Assembly: GCF_009914755.1 (NCBI RefSeq)
Contig: NC_060937.1
DNA: 64,000 bases
Direction: 5' to 3' (one strand)
Source of the DNA: the human T2T-CHM13v2.0 reference genome, Homo sapiens
Of the stretch, positions 63,165 through 64,000 are shown piece by piece; position 1 is the first letter of the stretch; each line of letters starts with the position of its first letter. Both the position numbers and the translations under genes were made by a program. The notes under the pieces are model-generated. The model searched no databases, was not told the origin of the DNA, and saw nothing but the letters and a program-made list of their open reading frames with translations.

Positions 63165-63317
63165 AATGATTTCTTAATAAGTATATGAATTGCTATGTGC
63201 ATACATCTTTCTCCAATTCTTGAATATGATTTAATTTACTTAACATTCAATTATAATTTCTTAATATTATTAACTTGCTTGGCATATTCATTTTGCAAAA
63301 GGCACAGAAATATTTGT

Positions 63318-63758
63318 TGTGGAAGTGATGGCCGTTTATTTCCCAAAAATCAGTATTCTCTCTTTCAAGTGGAGAGGTGTCGCTGAAAAAAATACCTGTC
63401 TAGTGTCCCAGTGGGAATCTTTCCCAGCCCCACCTGTAGTTAAGTACAGCCATATTGTAATCAATTAAAGGAGAGAAAAATGAGCTCCTCTTCCAGACTT
63501 GCCCATAAGGACCTTCCATGAGGCACTCCTTTTGCCTTTTTCCTCTTCTGGATGGTCGGATTAGAGAAAACCCCTGGGAGGACCGTAGAAGGCTTAGAAG
63601 CTGGGCTCCTGACTGATTATGTGGGGGAGATTCTCCTGTTGAACTGCACTTGGACCATCTGCATTGGAGAGCAAAATTAAAAGAGTAAAATTAAATTCTA
63701 ATTATGATAATCCTTTCGATAGTAGCAGTTATTACAGCAACTTATATTACTCTAGTAT
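63318..63758 (+). mobile_element. MaLR LTR (MLT1I/J-like)
   Basis: ttcccagccccacctgtagttaag...cttccagacttgcccataag...ctgggctcctgactgattatgtgg...gttattacagca. Confidence 0.65.
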
Positions 63759-64000
63759 ATTTTCTCAGCTATGTCTTGACTTGTTACAAATAATAGAATC
63801 CAAAGATATAATATTTTACTGTTGGTAGCTGTTACACAATATTTTAGCCTTAACATACCACAGTACCCTTTAATTTAACATATAGGTAGTGTCACTTCAA
63901 TTATCAGAAACCTGTATTTATAGATTTAAAAAATTATTTCTTAATAAAATATCAACTTTTAGCCCTTTTCACATTCTGTTTAATTTTATATAATCCTTAA

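Overview
AT-rich, CpG-poor primate genomic DNA (human or a close relative, given the AluJ/S/Y and L1PA elements). It is intronic or intergenic, and interspersed repeats make up roughly half or more of it. I found no credible host protein-coding exon, RNA gene, CpG island or CRISPR array. Every recognisable protein in the ORF track is a decayed LINE-1 ORF1/ORF2 piece or an Alu/low-complexity artefact. Main contents: (1) a full-length, dead L1PA5/6 (13808-19951, +) with a perfect 14-bp TSD, nested in an older L1PA15/16 that sits in a MIR; (2) a minus-strand L1PA7 (34287-39765) with a ~0.68-kb internal deletion and a nested L1PA3/4 3' fragment; (3) a complete piggyBac MITE (MER75, TTAA TSD) inside an L1MA; (4) a MER50-like solo LTR, a MER41B fragment keeping one GAS motif, MaLR/ERVL LTRs, Tigger1, MER33, HAL1, L2/MIR relics, eight Alus and several microsatellites. 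L1s and Alus are strongly biased to the minus strand, which hints at an intron of a plus-strand gene. I see no evidence for an undescribed biological system; the findings are locus-level curiosities and testable regulatory or structural candidates. Subfamily names come from recalled consensus sequences rather than a database search, and boundaries of old elements are approximate.
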